NCBI GenBank assembly: GCA_035948855.1
Contig: DASZIT010000052.1
Coordinates: 28,560 to 92,559, forward strand
DNA from: Acidimicrobiales bacterium
GTDB taxonomy: Bacteria; Actinomycetota; Acidimicrobiia; Acidimicrobiales; RAAP-2
Length of the DNA stretch: 64,000 nucleotides
Direction of reading: 5' to 3'
Below the pieces are notes generated by a model, which saw only the letters and a list, made by a program, of their open reading frames with translations, did not search any database and was not told the DNA's origin. Positions 51,048-60,351 of this stretch are shown here, piece by piece (the stretch's first letter is position 1; every line of letters starts with the position of its first letter). A program made the position numbers and the translations under genes.

Positions 51048-52526
51048 CTACGAGTGGGGCTTGGAGACGACCCGGACGTGTTGCGAGCCGTGCACGCTCC
51101 CGACCACGAAGGAGTAGAAGTGATAAGGCGTCGCCTTGTCGTCGAGGAAGTACGCGACGCAGACGTGGGGACCGGAGGCCGGATTGGTGCAGCCGTTCTC
51201 CGGAAAGATACGGACGTTCGTCTGGCTCGAAACGTCCCAGCCGTTGCCGAATTGATCGAAGCCCTCGACGGTGGTCGTCGCTGCGGTACTGATCGTCAAG
51301 GTTGTCGGCAGGACAACCACCCTCACCAGCGAAGCGTGACCGATGTGGATCCCGGTGGCGGTGCCGGTGATGGTCGGATGGGCGGTGTCGGTGGCGGTCA
51401 GCGACAGGTCGCCCTCCTTCTCGAACCGGATTTCGCTGTGGAAGGTGTGCGATCCCTTGTCGGCCGCGGTGAACGTGTAGTCGTGCGGAACCACCCCCGG
51501 CTTCGAGCCCTGGAACTTGACCGTGCCCCGGTAGCCGGTGGCGGTGGTCCCGGCGGCGTCCTTGGCCGTCAGCGTCAGGTCATAGGAGGTTCCGGCGGTC
51601 ATCGCCTTCGGGGAATCGACGGTGAGGGTGTTCGCCGGTTGGATGACGTGGTCGGGCGTGATGCTCACCTCGGGAGCGCCGAGGTGCGGCGTCACGATGA
51701 TCTGGACACGAGGGATGATGAAGCTGGATCCGGCGCCGCCTCCGCCGCCACTGGTCCCCTCCGATCCGGCGCCGCCGCCCCCGCCGAAGTAGCCACCTCC
51801 GCCCCCGCCGCCGCCTCCGGCCAGATTCGGCAGGAGACCGGCTCCCCCGTTGCCGCCGCCGTAGCGTCCTCCGCCCTTCCCGTCGCCGACCAGCGGGCTG
51901 CTGTTGTGACCGCCCGCCCCACCGCCGGTGAGGGTACCGCCGTGCCCGCCCTCCGGGGTCCCCAACGACTCCGACCCGTTCTGGCCGTTCAGCGTTCCCG
52001 GGGGATTCTGGGGTCCGCCGACCCCGCCGCCGGTGCCGCCCCCACCGCCGGCGGCGATGACCAGATGGGCTCCGTCGGCGGCCTGCACGTAGGAGAACCC
52101 GCCACCGCCACCCCCGCCCTTGGAACCATCCCCGCCGCCGTTGTAGCCGCCGTGACCGGAGTTCGGATGCTTCCCGCCGCCTTCGCCGGTCCCGCCGTCA
52201 CCGCCGACCACCACCCGGAGTTGCGAGCCGGGGGTCACCGAAATGGAGTGGGCGGTGACCTCGATGCCGCGCCCACCCACCGCCCGGTAGCCGTGGCCGC
52301 CGTTGCCTCCGCTGGCCACCACCGTGACGCTGTCGACATCGTTGGGCACCGTGTAGGACTCCGGGTGTCCGGTGTATTTGAACACCTGGGTGGAGAGCTT
52401 GGCGGTGTGGGTGGGAGCGGCCCCGGCGGGTCGGGCCGGGCCGATAAGGGTGGCGGTGGCCAGCACCATCGCCACCACCACCGCGATCACGGCGGTCATC
52501 CGTTGCCGCCCTCCGAAAGCCTTCAT
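51048..52526 (-). CDS. Secreted glycine-rich-domain protein with Ig-like C-terminal region
   Basis: Signal peptide MKAFGGRQRMTAVIAVVVAMVLATATLIGPARPAGAAP. FKYTGHPESYTVPNDVDSVTVVASGGNGGHG...VTPGSQLRVVVGGDGG is followed by G7-G9 runs. The C-terminal roughly 200 aa are beta-rich (TLTVDSPKAMTAGTSYDLTLTAKDAAG...). ATG at 52526. Confidence 0.75.
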   Translation of the reverse strand: MKAFGGRQRMTAVIAVVVAMVLATATLIGPARPAGAAPTHTAKLSTQVFKYTGHPESYTVPNDVDSVTVVASGGNGGHGYRAVGGRGIEVTAHSISVTPGSQLRVVVGGDGGTGEGGGKHPNSGHGGYNGGGDGSKGGGGGGGFSYVQAADGAHLVIAAGGGGGTGGGVGGPQNPPGTLNGQNGSESLGTPEGGHGGTLTGGGAGGHNSSPLVGDGKGGGRYGGGNGGAGLLPNLAGGGGGGGGGYFGGGGGAGSEGTSGGGGGAGSSFIIPRVQIIVTPHLGAPEVSITPDHVIQPANTLTVDSPKAMTAGTSYDLTLTAKDAAGTTATGYRGTVKFQGSKPGVVPHDYTFTAADKGSHTFHSEIRFEKEGDLSLTATDTAHPTITGTATGIHIGHASLVRVVVLPTTLTISTAATTTVEGFDQFGNGWDVSSQTNVRIFPENGCTNPASGPHVCVAYFLDDKATPYHFYSFVVGSVHGSQHVRVVSKPHS

Positions 52527-52670
52527 CGCCAATTCCCCTCGGTCCCGTGCCAGCATGCACCAAAGGGCAGATGGACTTCCTCGAATCACCTTCAGTGGTC
52601 AGAAGACTACCCAGCGTGGAATCCATCGTCAGTGCGCCTGCCGCCGGCGATCAGCGGCTGAGTTCGTCGC

Positions 52671-52689
52671 TGAGCCGACGCCCGGCTCA
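52671..52689 (-). terminator. Candidate stem-loop terminator downstream of the ADH gene (no U-tract)
   Basis: TGAGCCG-acgcc-CGGCTCA, a 7-bp stem, 17 nt after the ADH stop at 52706. Confidence 0.3.
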
Positions 52690-52705
52690 CGTCAGTCCGG
52701 TCTCC

Positions 52706-53857
52706 TCAGATGTCGAACTTGATCACGCCGCGGATGTTGACCCCGGCGGCCAGGTCGTCGTAGCCGTTCTGGACTTGGTCGAGGGTGTACTCCTGGGTGA
52801 CCAGTTTGTCGATCTCGAGCAGGCCCGCCTGGTACAGGCGGAGCAGGTTGGGGATCTGCACCCTCGGGCTGCACGAGCCGAAGACGGTCCCGAGCAGGGA
52901 CTGATTGAACATGGCGAAGTTGAACAGGTTGAGGCTGACCTCCTCCTGGTTGAACGGGGCGATGGCGGTGGTCACCACCCGGCCGTCCTTGCTGGACAGC
53001 TGCACCGCCGGCCCGATCAGGTCTCCGGTCAGGACGCCGGGGGTGAGGATGACCACGTCGGCCATCCGCCCCTCGGTCAGCTCGGGAAGCAGGAAGGCGG
53101 CGTCGAGGATGGACGCCGCGCCGTGGGTGGCGCCGATCGCCTTGGCCTTCTCCACCTTGAAGGGCAGCGGATCGACGGCGACGACATAGCGCGCCCCGGC
53201 GATCTTGGCCCCCTGGACGGCCCCGGAGCCCACCCCACCACAACCGATGACCACCACCGTTTCGCCCGGCTTCACCTTGGCCCGGTCCACCGCCGAGCCG
53301 AATCCGGTGGAGATACCGCAGCTGATGAGGGCGGCGGCCTTCAACGACGCCCCGGGATCGATCTTGACCAGCGAGGCCTCGTTGGCCAGCACCGAATCCT
53401 GGAAGGTCCCCAGCTGGGTCATCCGGTTCAGGTTCTGACCGTCGAGATGGTGCCGCCATTGACCGTCGCTGAACATCGGACCGGCCAGAATGGTCATGCC
53501 CAGGTCGCACAGGTACTGGCGGCCGGAGGCGCACCAGAAGCAACGCCCGCACGACGGGATGAAGGACATGGCGACATGGTCGCCTTCAGCCAACGTGTCG
53601 ACCCCCGGACCCACCTCGGAGACGATGCCGGCTCCCTCGTGGCCGCCGATGATCGGGAACAGGGACTTGACCCCGAACACCTCGAGCACCTCGGGGGCGG
53701 CATCCATGTCGCCGGTGCGGAGGTGCTCGTCGGAGTGGCACAGGCCGGCGTACGCCATCTGGACCCGTACCTCGTGCGGTCCCGGCGCGTCGACCTCGAT
53801 CTCTTCGACCTTCCAAGGCTCGTGGAGCCCAGTACAGACTGCGGCGCGGGTCTTCAT
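52706..53857 (-). CDS. Zn-dependent alcohol dehydrogenase of the NDMA-dependent/nicotinoprotein type that accompanies mycofactocin systems
   Basis: MKTRAAVCTGLHEPWKVEEIEVD, Zn ligands GLCHSDEH, and Rossmann VVIGCGGVGSGAVQGA. It neighbours mftR. Confidence 0.85.
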   Translation of the reverse strand: MKTRAAVCTGLHEPWKVEEIEVDAPGPHEVRVQMAYAGLCHSDEHLRTGDMDAAPEVLEVFGVKSLFPIIGGHEGAGIVSEVGPGVDTLAEGDHVAMSFIPSCGRCFWCASGRQYLCDLGMTILAGPMFSDGQWRHHLDGQNLNRMTQLGTFQDSVLANEASLVKIDPGASLKAAALISCGISTGFGSAVDRAKVKPGETVVVIGCGGVGSGAVQGAKIAGARYVVAVDPLPFKVEKAKAIGATHGAASILDAAFLLPELTEGRMADVVILTPGVLTGDLIGPAVQLSSKDGRVVTTAIAPFNQEEVSLNLFNFAMFNQSLLGTVFGSCSPRVQIPNLLRLYQAGLLEIDKLVTQEYTLDQVQNGYDDLAAGVNIRGVIKFDI

Positions 53858-53952
53858 GTGAGTCGTCCTCCCCTAGTGGCTGCTTGAATTTAGCGGCGTC
53901 GACGTCGCGCCGTTCCCGGCCAGCATCGCGCCGACCCGGCGGTCCCGTCGAG

Positions 53953-54666
53953 TCAGGCCCCGGACATCCTCGAAGCCGGATCCCGGTGAACCCAGAGCCG
54001 GAGCCGGTCTTCGTCGAACCCGTCGGCCAGGAGCCGGAACGCCCCGTCGACCTCCCCGGTCAGGTCATCGGTCTCGTGCTGGGCCCAGCAGGCGAACGCC
54101 GCCATCGCGGTGCCCAGCGCCGACCGGGCCACCGCTTGCGGCCCGAGGTCGTCCGGAGACCCGCCGACCCGCCCGGCCACGAAGTCGGCGACCACCTCGC
54201 ACCACTCGGTGTACCTCACCGCCGAGTGGGCCACCAGAGCGGGGACCGTGCTGATGAGGCCCATCCGGATCCGCAGTTCGTCGAGCTCCCCGGCCCCGAA
54301 TCGGTTGGTGGCCACCACCGCCCGCCGCACCACGTCCATCATCGGCTCGTCCTGGGGGGCGCTCATCAACTGGTCGCGGAGCCGGACCAGTTCGGCGTCG
54401 AATTCCCCCCACACCACGTCCCGCTTGGAGCTGTAATAGCGGAAGAAGGTCCGCCGGCTGATCCCCACCGCGGCGGCGATCTCGTCGACGGTGGTGGCGT
54501 CGAACCCGTTGCGTTCGAACAGGTCGAGCGCCAGACGGGCGATCGCCGCCCGGGTGGTGCTGGGGCGCCGGCCGCGGGCCACTTCGGACGCGGCGCCCCC
54601 GACTCCCGCCTCGACCCTGTCGGCTCCCATCGGGTTGGTTCCAGTCACAGACTTCCATTTTGGCAT
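53953..54666 (-). CDS. mftR: TetR-family regulator of the mycofactocin system
   Basis: TTRAAIARLALDLFERNGFDATTVDEIAAAVGISRRTFFRYYSSKRDVVWGEFD. Divergent from mftA. An alternative start is the internal Met at 54630. Confidence 0.85.
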   Translation of the reverse strand: MPKWKSVTGTNPMGADRVEAGVGGAASEVARGRRPSTTRAAIARLALDLFERNGFDATTVDEIAAAVGISRRTFFRYYSSKRDVVWGEFDAELVRLRDQLMSAPQDEPMMDVVRRAVVATNRFGAGELDELRIRMGLISTVPALVAHSAVRYTEWCEVVADFVAGRVGGSPDDLGPQAVARSALGTAMAAFACWAQHETDDLTGEVDGAFRLLADGFDEDRLRLWVHRDPASRMSGA

Positions 54667-54733
54667 CGAGTGCTATAAAGTCAACACACAGTCCGTCATC
54701 CGGCCCGTGCCGGTCGATTTTCCGGAGGTTCCC

Positions 54734-54880
54734 ATGCCTGATCCCGTCATCGAGCACCGCGACCCATCCCCCGCCACCGGCAATCCGGCCGTCGACGAGG
54801 ACGGCGCCGAGCCGTCCCTGGTCGAGGCCGACCTCCTGGTCGAGGACGTGTCCATCGACGGCATGTGCGGCGTCTACTAG
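54734..54880 (+). CDS. mftA: Mycofactocin precursor peptide
   Basis: 48 aa: MPDPVIEHRDPSPATGNPAVDEDGAEPSLVEADLLVEDVSIDGMCGVY. It carries the canonical C-terminal IDGMCGVY. GGAGG lies 6 nt upstream of the ATG. It is hidden inside track ORF 54491..54880. Confidence 0.93.
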   Translation: MPDPVIEHRDPSPATGNPAVDEDGAEPSLVEADLLVEDVSIDGMCGVY

Positions 54881-54893
54881 GCCCCGCCGGCTC

Positions 54894-55196
54894 ATGCCCC
54901 CCACCGTCCCGGTCGGGACCACCGCCTTCGACCCCTCGCTGCCCTGGGCGCTGCACCCCCAGGTGTCGCTCCGGCCCGAGTCATTCGGCGCGCTGGCCTA
55001 CCACTTCGGGACCCGGCGCCTGTCGTTCTTGAAGAGCCCCACTCTGTTGGCGGTGGTCTCTTCGCTGGCCACCCAGCCCACCGGCCGGGATGCCTGCACC
55101 GCGGCGGGGGTGGCCGCCGACGAGCTCCCCTCCTACGAGCGGGCCCTGGCCACCCTGGCCGAGTCCGGGATGATCTGCGAGCGGAGCGCCTCATGA
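54894..55196 (+). CDS. mftB: Mycofactocin biosynthesis chaperone (PqqD-like RRE)
   Basis: 100 aa: WALHPQVSLRPESFGALAYHFGTRRLSFLKSPTLLAVV. It sits between mftA and mftC, with an ATGA overlap to mftC. Confidence 0.88.
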   Translation: MPPTVPVGTTAFDPSLPWALHPQVSLRPESFGALAYHFGTRRLSFLKSPTLLAVVSSLATQPTGRDACTAAGVAADELPSYERALATLAESGMICERSAS

Positions 55197-56419
55197 CCCT
55201 GGTCGCCGCCGAGCGCCCGACCCCCCTCCGGTTGGTCGACCAGTTCCAGCTGGGACTCGATGCGCCGATCTGTCTGACCTGGGAGCTCACCTACGCCTGC
55301 AACCTGGCCTGCGTGCACTGCCTGTCGAGCTCGGGCCGACGCGATCCGAACGAGCTGTCCACCGCCGAGTGCAAGCGGCTCATCGACGAGTTCGAGCGGA
55401 TGCAGATCTTCTACGTCAACATCGGTGGCGGCGAGCCCACCATCCGGAACGATTTCTGGGAGCTGGTCGACTACGCCACCGCCCACCACGTGGGGATCAA
55501 GTTCTCCACCAACGGATCGAGGATCACCCCGGAGGTGGCCGAGCGCCTGGCCTCGAGTGACTACGTGGACGTGCAGATCTCCCTCGACGGTGCCAGCCCC
55601 GAGGTGAACGACGCGGTGCGGGGGGTGGGCTCGTTCGACACCGCGGTCCGGGCCATGGAGCGGATGGCGGCGGCCGGCTTCGTCGGATTCAAGCTGTCGG
55701 TGGTGGTCACCCGGCAGAACGTCTCCCAGCTCGACGCCTTCCAGGCGCTGGCCGACCGGTACCGGGCCCAGCTCCGTCTCACCCGGCTGCGCCCCTCGGG
55801 GCGGGGGGCCGACGTCTGGGACGAGCTCCATCCGACGGCCGAGCAGCAGCGCACGCTGTACGAGTGGTTGCTGGGGCACGGCGAGCAGGTGCTGACGGGA
55901 GACTCCTTCTTCCACCTGGCCGGCTACGGCGAGTCGCTGCCCGGGCTCAATCTCTGCGGCGCCGGTCGGGTCGTCTGCCTGGTCGACCCGGTGGGCGACG
56001 TCTACGCCTGCCCGTTTGCCATCCACGACGAGTTCCTGGCCGGGAACGTGCGCTCGCCGGGAGGATTCGACCGGGTCTGGAAGTCCTCCGTGCTCTTCGG
56101 CGAGCTCCGCCGGCCCGACACCGGAGGCGCCTGTGCCTCCTGCGGGAGTTATGACGCCTGCCGGGGCGGATGCATGGCGGCCAAGTTCTTCACCGGCCTC
56201 CCGCTCGACGGGCCCGACCCCGAGTGCGTGCTCGGCCACGGCGAAGGCAGGCTGGCCGCGGTGGGCGACACCCTCTTGCCCCAGCCGTCTCCCGACCACT
56301 CGCGCCGGGCCCGGGGCTCGGTGGCGCCGGTGGCGGTGGTCCTCCTCCCCCGCCGTCCCGATCGAGCCTGCGACGAGCACCCGCTGGCCGACTTCGGCGC
56401 CGGCCACCGTCCGCACTGA
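55193..56419 (+). CDS. mftC: Mycofactocin radical SAM/SPASM maturase
   Basis: Radical SAM YACNLACVHC (CX3CX2C), YVNIGGGEPT, and SPASM cysteines CGAGRVVCLVDPVGDVYACPF...CASCGSYDACRGGC. Confidence 0.95.
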   Translation: MTLVAAERPTPLRLVDQFQLGLDAPICLTWELTYACNLACVHCLSSSGRRDPNELSTAECKRLIDEFERMQIFYVNIGGGEPTIRNDFWELVDYATAHHVGIKFSTNGSRITPEVAERLASSDYVDVQISLDGASPEVNDAVRGVGSFDTAVRAMERMAAAGFVGFKLSVVVTRQNVSQLDAFQALADRYRAQLRLTRLRPSGRGADVWDELHPTAEQQRTLYEWLLGHGEQVLTGDSFFHLAGYGESLPGLNLCGAGRVVCLVDPVGDVYACPFAIHDEFLAGNVRSPGGFDRVWKSSVLFGELRRPDTGGACASCGSYDACRGGCMAAKFFTGLPLDGPDPECVLGHGEGRLAAVGDTLLPQPSPDHSRRARGSVAPVAVVLLPRRPDRACDEHPLADFGAGHRPH

Positions 56420-56422
56420 CAG

Positions 56423-58381
56423 GTGTCCAGCCTCGTCGACGCCATCTCCGTGGCCGGAAGGACCGCACCCTCGAGGGTGATCTTCGGGCCGCACGAGACC
56501 AATCTGGGCGACGATCGCCGGATCAGCCAACGTCACGTGGCCTACTACCAGGCGAGGGCGGCCGGAGGCAGCGGCGTCATCGTGACCGAGACCGCCTCGG
56601 TGCACCCGTCGGACTGGCCGTATGAGCGGGCGCCGCTGGCCGGCGACTGCGGGCCGGGATGGGCGGCGGTGGCCGCCGGGTGCCGGCCGTACGGCACCCT
56701 GGTCCTGGCCGGGCTCGGACACGCCGGGGGCCAGGGCTCCAGCGCCTACTCCCAGTCGGTGATGTGGGCCCCCTCGAGGGTGGCCGACGCCATCAATCGG
56801 GAGATGCCGATGGAGATGGAGCCAGCCGAGATCGACCAACTGGTGGACGGGTTCGCGGAGGCGGCCCGACTGGCCGTCGACACCGGGCTCGACGGGGTGG
56901 AGATCGACGTCGGCCCCCTCTCCCTGCTGCGGCAGTTCCACTCCGGGCTCACCAACCTGCGGTCCGACGGCTACGGGACCGACAAGCTCCGGCTCACCAA
57001 CGAGGTGGTGGCCGCCGTCCGCCAGGCCATCGGTGCCGATCAGGTGATCTCGGTCCGGCTGTGCTGCGACGAGCTGGCCCCGTGGGCGGGGATCACCCCC
57101 GACCATGCCGCCGATCACGTCGCCGCCCTGGCCGGACAGGTCGACCTGATGGTGGTGGTGCGGGGCGGCCCCTTCTCGGCGGCCGCCTACCGGCCCGACG
57201 CCCACGCGCCTCCCAACTTCAACGCCGACCTCTGCCGGCGGATGCGGGAAGCGGCCGGCGCCCGGATGCCGGTGGTGTTGCAGGGCAGCGTGATCGATCC
57301 GGGTGCCGCCCAGGCGGCGCTGGACGACGGCACCGCCGACCTGGTGGAGATGACCCGGGCCCAGATCGCCGACCCCCGACTGGTCACCCGGGTCCGCGAC
57401 GGCGCCGCCCATCGGATCCGGCCGTGCATTCTCTGCAATCAGGCCTGCCGAGTGCGGGACAACCGCAACCCCCTGGTGAGCTGCGTGGGTGAGCCCCGCA
57501 GCGGTCACGAGACGACCGACCCGGACACCGAGGGCACCGACCCGGTGGTTCACCAGGTGTTGGTGGTGGGGGGCGGCATCGCCGGCCTCGAGTGTGCCCG
57601 GGTGCTGGCCGGACGCGGCCACCGGGTGCGGCTGGTGGAGCGGGGCCCGCAGCTGGGTGGGGCAGCCAAGGCCGCGTCGGTGGGCCCGGGCCGAGCCCGG
57701 ATGGCCGAGCTGAGCGGGTGGCTGGAGGCCGAGGTCCGGGCCGCGGGGGTGGTGGTCGAGGTCGGTACCGAAGTCATCGCCGCCGACCTCGATGCGGCTG
57801 CCGCCTCGGGCGGTTCAGTGGTCGTCGCCACCGGCGCCCGAACACGGCCTCTCGATCTTCCGGTCGACGAGACCGTCACCGTCATCGACGGGCTCTCGGC
57901 GCTGGCCGGAGGGTCGGCCCGGATCCCCGACGGTCCGGTGGCGGTGCACGATCCGGTGGGCGGGCCCGTCGGGGTCGGGGTGGCGGAATGGCTGGCCGCC
58001 GAGGGACGCCAGGTCTCGATCGTCACCCCCGATCCGATCGCCGGCACCCTGCTGGCACTCAGCGGGGACCTGGCCGATGCCAACACCCGGTTGCAGCAGG
58101 CCGGGGTTAGGCGTGAGCTCCGGGCCATCCTCCGCGGCGCCAAGGGCGGCCGGGTCCAGCTCGACGACGTCTGGACCGGCGAGCGGCGGGAGATCGACGC
58201 CGCGGTCATCGTCGACTGCGGCCACCGGCTGCCGGAGGAAACGCTGCACGCGGCCCGGCCCGGCACCCCCCGGGCCGGGGACTGCGTGGCCCCCCGCACC
58301 ATCCTCGAGGCCGTCCTCGAAGGGCGGCGCCGGGCGCTGGAAATCGGGGCCGGGGCCGCCTCCGGGTCGGTGGTCCGATGA
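56423..58381 (+). CDS. FadH/OYE-family flavo-iron-sulfur oxidoreductase 1 (mycofactocin-associated)
   Basis: OYE-like TIM barrel (GVIVTETASVHPS, GLDGVEIDVG), Cys cluster RPCILCNQACRVRDNRNPLVSCVGEP, and dinucleotide fold VLVVGGGIAGLECARVLAGRGHRVRLVERGPQLGG. The GTG start is 3 nt after the mftC stop. Confidence 0.85.
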   Translation: MSSLVDAISVAGRTAPSRVIFGPHETNLGDDRRISQRHVAYYQARAAGGSGVIVTETASVHPSDWPYERAPLAGDCGPGWAAVAAGCRPYGTLVLAGLGHAGGQGSSAYSQSVMWAPSRVADAINREMPMEMEPAEIDQLVDGFAEAARLAVDTGLDGVEIDVGPLSLLRQFHSGLTNLRSDGYGTDKLRLTNEVVAAVRQAIGADQVISVRLCCDELAPWAGITPDHAADHVAALAGQVDLMVVVRGGPFSAAAYRPDAHAPPNFNADLCRRMREAAGARMPVVLQGSVIDPGAAQAALDDGTADLVEMTRAQIADPRLVTRVRDGAAHRIRPCILCNQACRVRDNRNPLVSCVGEPRSGHETTDPDTEGTDPVVHQVLVVGGGIAGLECARVLAGRGHRVRLVERGPQLGGAAKAASVGPGRARMAELSGWLEAEVRAAGVVVEVGTEVIAADLDAAAASGGSVVVATGARTRPLDLPVDETVTVIDGLSALAGGSARIPDGPVAVHDPVGGPVGVGVAEWLAAEGRQVSIVTPDPIAGTLLALSGDLADANTRLQQAGVRRELRAILRGAKGGRVQLDDVWTGERREIDAAVIVDCGHRLPEETLHAARPGTPRAGDCVAPRTILEAVLEGRRRALEIGAGAASGSVVR

Positions 58382-60351
58382 GCGCCGGCAGCCACTACCG
58401 CCATCTGTTCACGCCCCTCCGGATCGGGCCGGTGACGGTCCGCAACCGGATCGTGTTCTCCGCCCACCTGACCAACTACGCGGCCGAGGGTCTGCCCACT
58501 GAGCAGCACGCCGCCTACTACGCGGCCCGGGCAGCGGGCGGCAGCGGCCTGATCATCACCGAGGAGCACTCCACCCACGTCACCGACTGGCCGTACGAGA
58601 AGCTGATCCACGGCTTCAACCCGGCGGTGCTCCCCGGCTACCGGCGCATCACCGACGCGGTGCACGCCCACGACGTGCCCATCTTCGCCCAGATCAACCA
58701 CAACGGCGGGCAGGCGTCGAGCATGTACAGCCGGGTGCCGGTGTGGGCCCCCAGCCCGGTGCCCGACCCCCTGTTCCGCGAGGTGCCCAAGGCGGTCGAG
58801 CTCCCGGAGATCGCCGCGATCGTGGCCGGCTACGCCGAGGTGGCCGAACGCTGCATCGCGGGCGGCTTCGACGGCATCGAGCTCCAGTGCTCCCACTCGT
58901 CCATCGTGCGGGGATTCCTCTCCCCGGCCACCAACCGCCGGACCGACGGCTACGGGGGCCCGCTGGAGAACCGGGCCCGCCTCCTGCTGGAGATCGTCGA
59001 CGCGGTGCGCGAGGCGATCGGCACCGACCGGGCCCTCGGGGTCCGGTTGTGCGGGGACGAGCTCATCGAGGGGGGCACCGGCATCGACGACGCGGTGGCG
59101 GTGGCCAAGATGGTGGATGCCAGCAGCCGGGTCGACTACATCAACACCTCGATCGGGGTGGCCACCGCCACCCTCTACATGATCGAGGCCAGCATGCAGG
59201 TCCCCCCGGGGTACGCGATGTTCATCCCCAGCGCCATCCGCCAGGCCGTCGGTCTCCCGGTGGTCGGGGTCGGTCGGTTCAAGGACCCGTTGCAGGCCGA
59301 CCGGGCGCTCGACGAGGGCCAGTGCGATCTGGTCGGGGTGGTCCGGGGCCAGATCGCCGACCCCGACTTCGCGGCCAAGGCGAGGTCCGGCCACGCCACC
59401 GACATCCGGACCTGTCTGTCCTGCAACCAGGAGTGCGTCGGCCGGATGGGCCTCAACCGGTGGCTCGGGTGCATCGAGAGCCCCCGCACCGGCCGAGAGG
59501 CGATACCGCTGCCACTCCCCCACCGACCGAAACGGGTGGTGGTGGTGGGCGGGGGCCCGGGAGGGCTGCAGGCGGCGGTGACCGCCGCCGAGCGCGGCCA
59601 CCGGGTAGTGCTCTTCGAACGTGAGGACCGGCTCGGCGGCCAGGTGCAGGTGGCGGCCACCGTGCCCAGCCGGGCCGAATTCCTCGACATCGCCCGCAAC
59701 CTCATCGTCAACGCCCGCCGGGCCGGGGTCGACATCCGTACCGGCCACGACGCCGATGCCGACGCGATCCGGGCCGAGCACCCTGACGCGGTGATCCTGG
59801 CCACCGGCGCCCGGCCGTCGCGGCCCTGGTGGGCCGCCGACCATCCCCGGGTGGTGGACGTCCGCGACGTGCTCGAGGGGCGGGTCTCTCCTGCCGGCGA
59901 GGTGGTGGTGGTCGACGAACTCGGCTTCCACCAGGCCACCTCCACCGCCGAGTTGCTGGCCGACCGGGGCTGCCGGGTGGAGATCGTTTCCAACGCCATG
60001 GTGGTGGGCCAGGACCTCGGCATCACCCTGGACATGGAGACCTGGAACGTGAAGGCCCACGCCAAGGGGATCGCCCAGAGCGTGGACCTGGTGCCGATGG
60101 GGGCCGCGCTCCTGGAGGGAGGCACCCATCCCAGCGGGGTCGAGCTCGCCCTCCAGCACCACCCCACCGGTACCGACCAGCAACGCCGGTGCGACTGGTT
60201 GGTGTGTGCCGTCCAGCAGCAACCCGAGGACGGCTTGTGGTCGGAGCTGCGCGACTCGGCCTTCCCCGTCTACCGGGTGGGGGACTGCCTGGCCCCCCGG
60301 CGGGCCCACGCCGCGGTCATCGAGGGCCACCGGGTGGCGGTGGCGTTGTGA
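58378..60351 (+). CDS. FadH/OYE-family flavo-iron-sulfur oxidoreductase 2 (mycofactocin-associated paralogue)
   Basis: GLIITEEHSTHVTDWPY, GFDGIELQCSHSS, TCLSCNQECVGRMGLNRWLGCIESP and VVVVGGGPGGLQAAVTAAERGHRVVLFEREDRLGG. ATGA overlap with the preceding gene. Confidence 0.85.
   Translation: MSAGSHYRHLFTPLRIGPVTVRNRIVFSAHLTNYAAEGLPTEQHAAYYAARAAGGSGLIITEEHSTHVTDWPYEKLIHGFNPAVLPGYRRITDAVHAHDVPIFAQINHNGGQASSMYSRVPVWAPSPVPDPLFREVPKAVELPEIAAIVAGYAEVAERCIAGGFDGIELQCSHSSIVRGFLSPATNRRTDGYGGPLENRARLLLEIVDAVREAIGTDRALGVRLCGDELIEGGTGIDDAVAVAKMVDASSRVDYINTSIGVATATLYMIEASMQVPPGYAMFIPSAIRQAVGLPVVGVGRFKDPLQADRALDEGQCDLVGVVRGQIADPDFAAKARSGHATDIRTCLSCNQECVGRMGLNRWLGCIESPRTGREAIPLPLPHRPKRVVVVGGGPGGLQAAVTAAERGHRVVLFEREDRLGGQVQVAATVPSRAEFLDIARNLIVNARRAGVDIRTGHDADADAIRAEHPDAVILATGARPSRPWWAADHPRVVDVRDVLEGRVSPAGEVVVVDELGFHQATSTAELLADRGCRVEIVSNAMVVGQDLGITLDMETWNVKAHAKGIAQSVDLVPMGAALLEGGTHPSGVELALQHHPTGTDQQRRCDWLVCAVQQQPEDGLWSELRDSAFPVYRVGDCLAPRRAHAAVIEGHRVAVAL

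Noticed and set aside
51650-52250. Nucleotide-level repeat array or CRISPR-like periodicity in GGC/GGT-rich DNA
   Set aside because: This is simply the coding sequence for the poly-Gly stretches of the glycine-rich protein. It has no regular repeat-spacer architecture.
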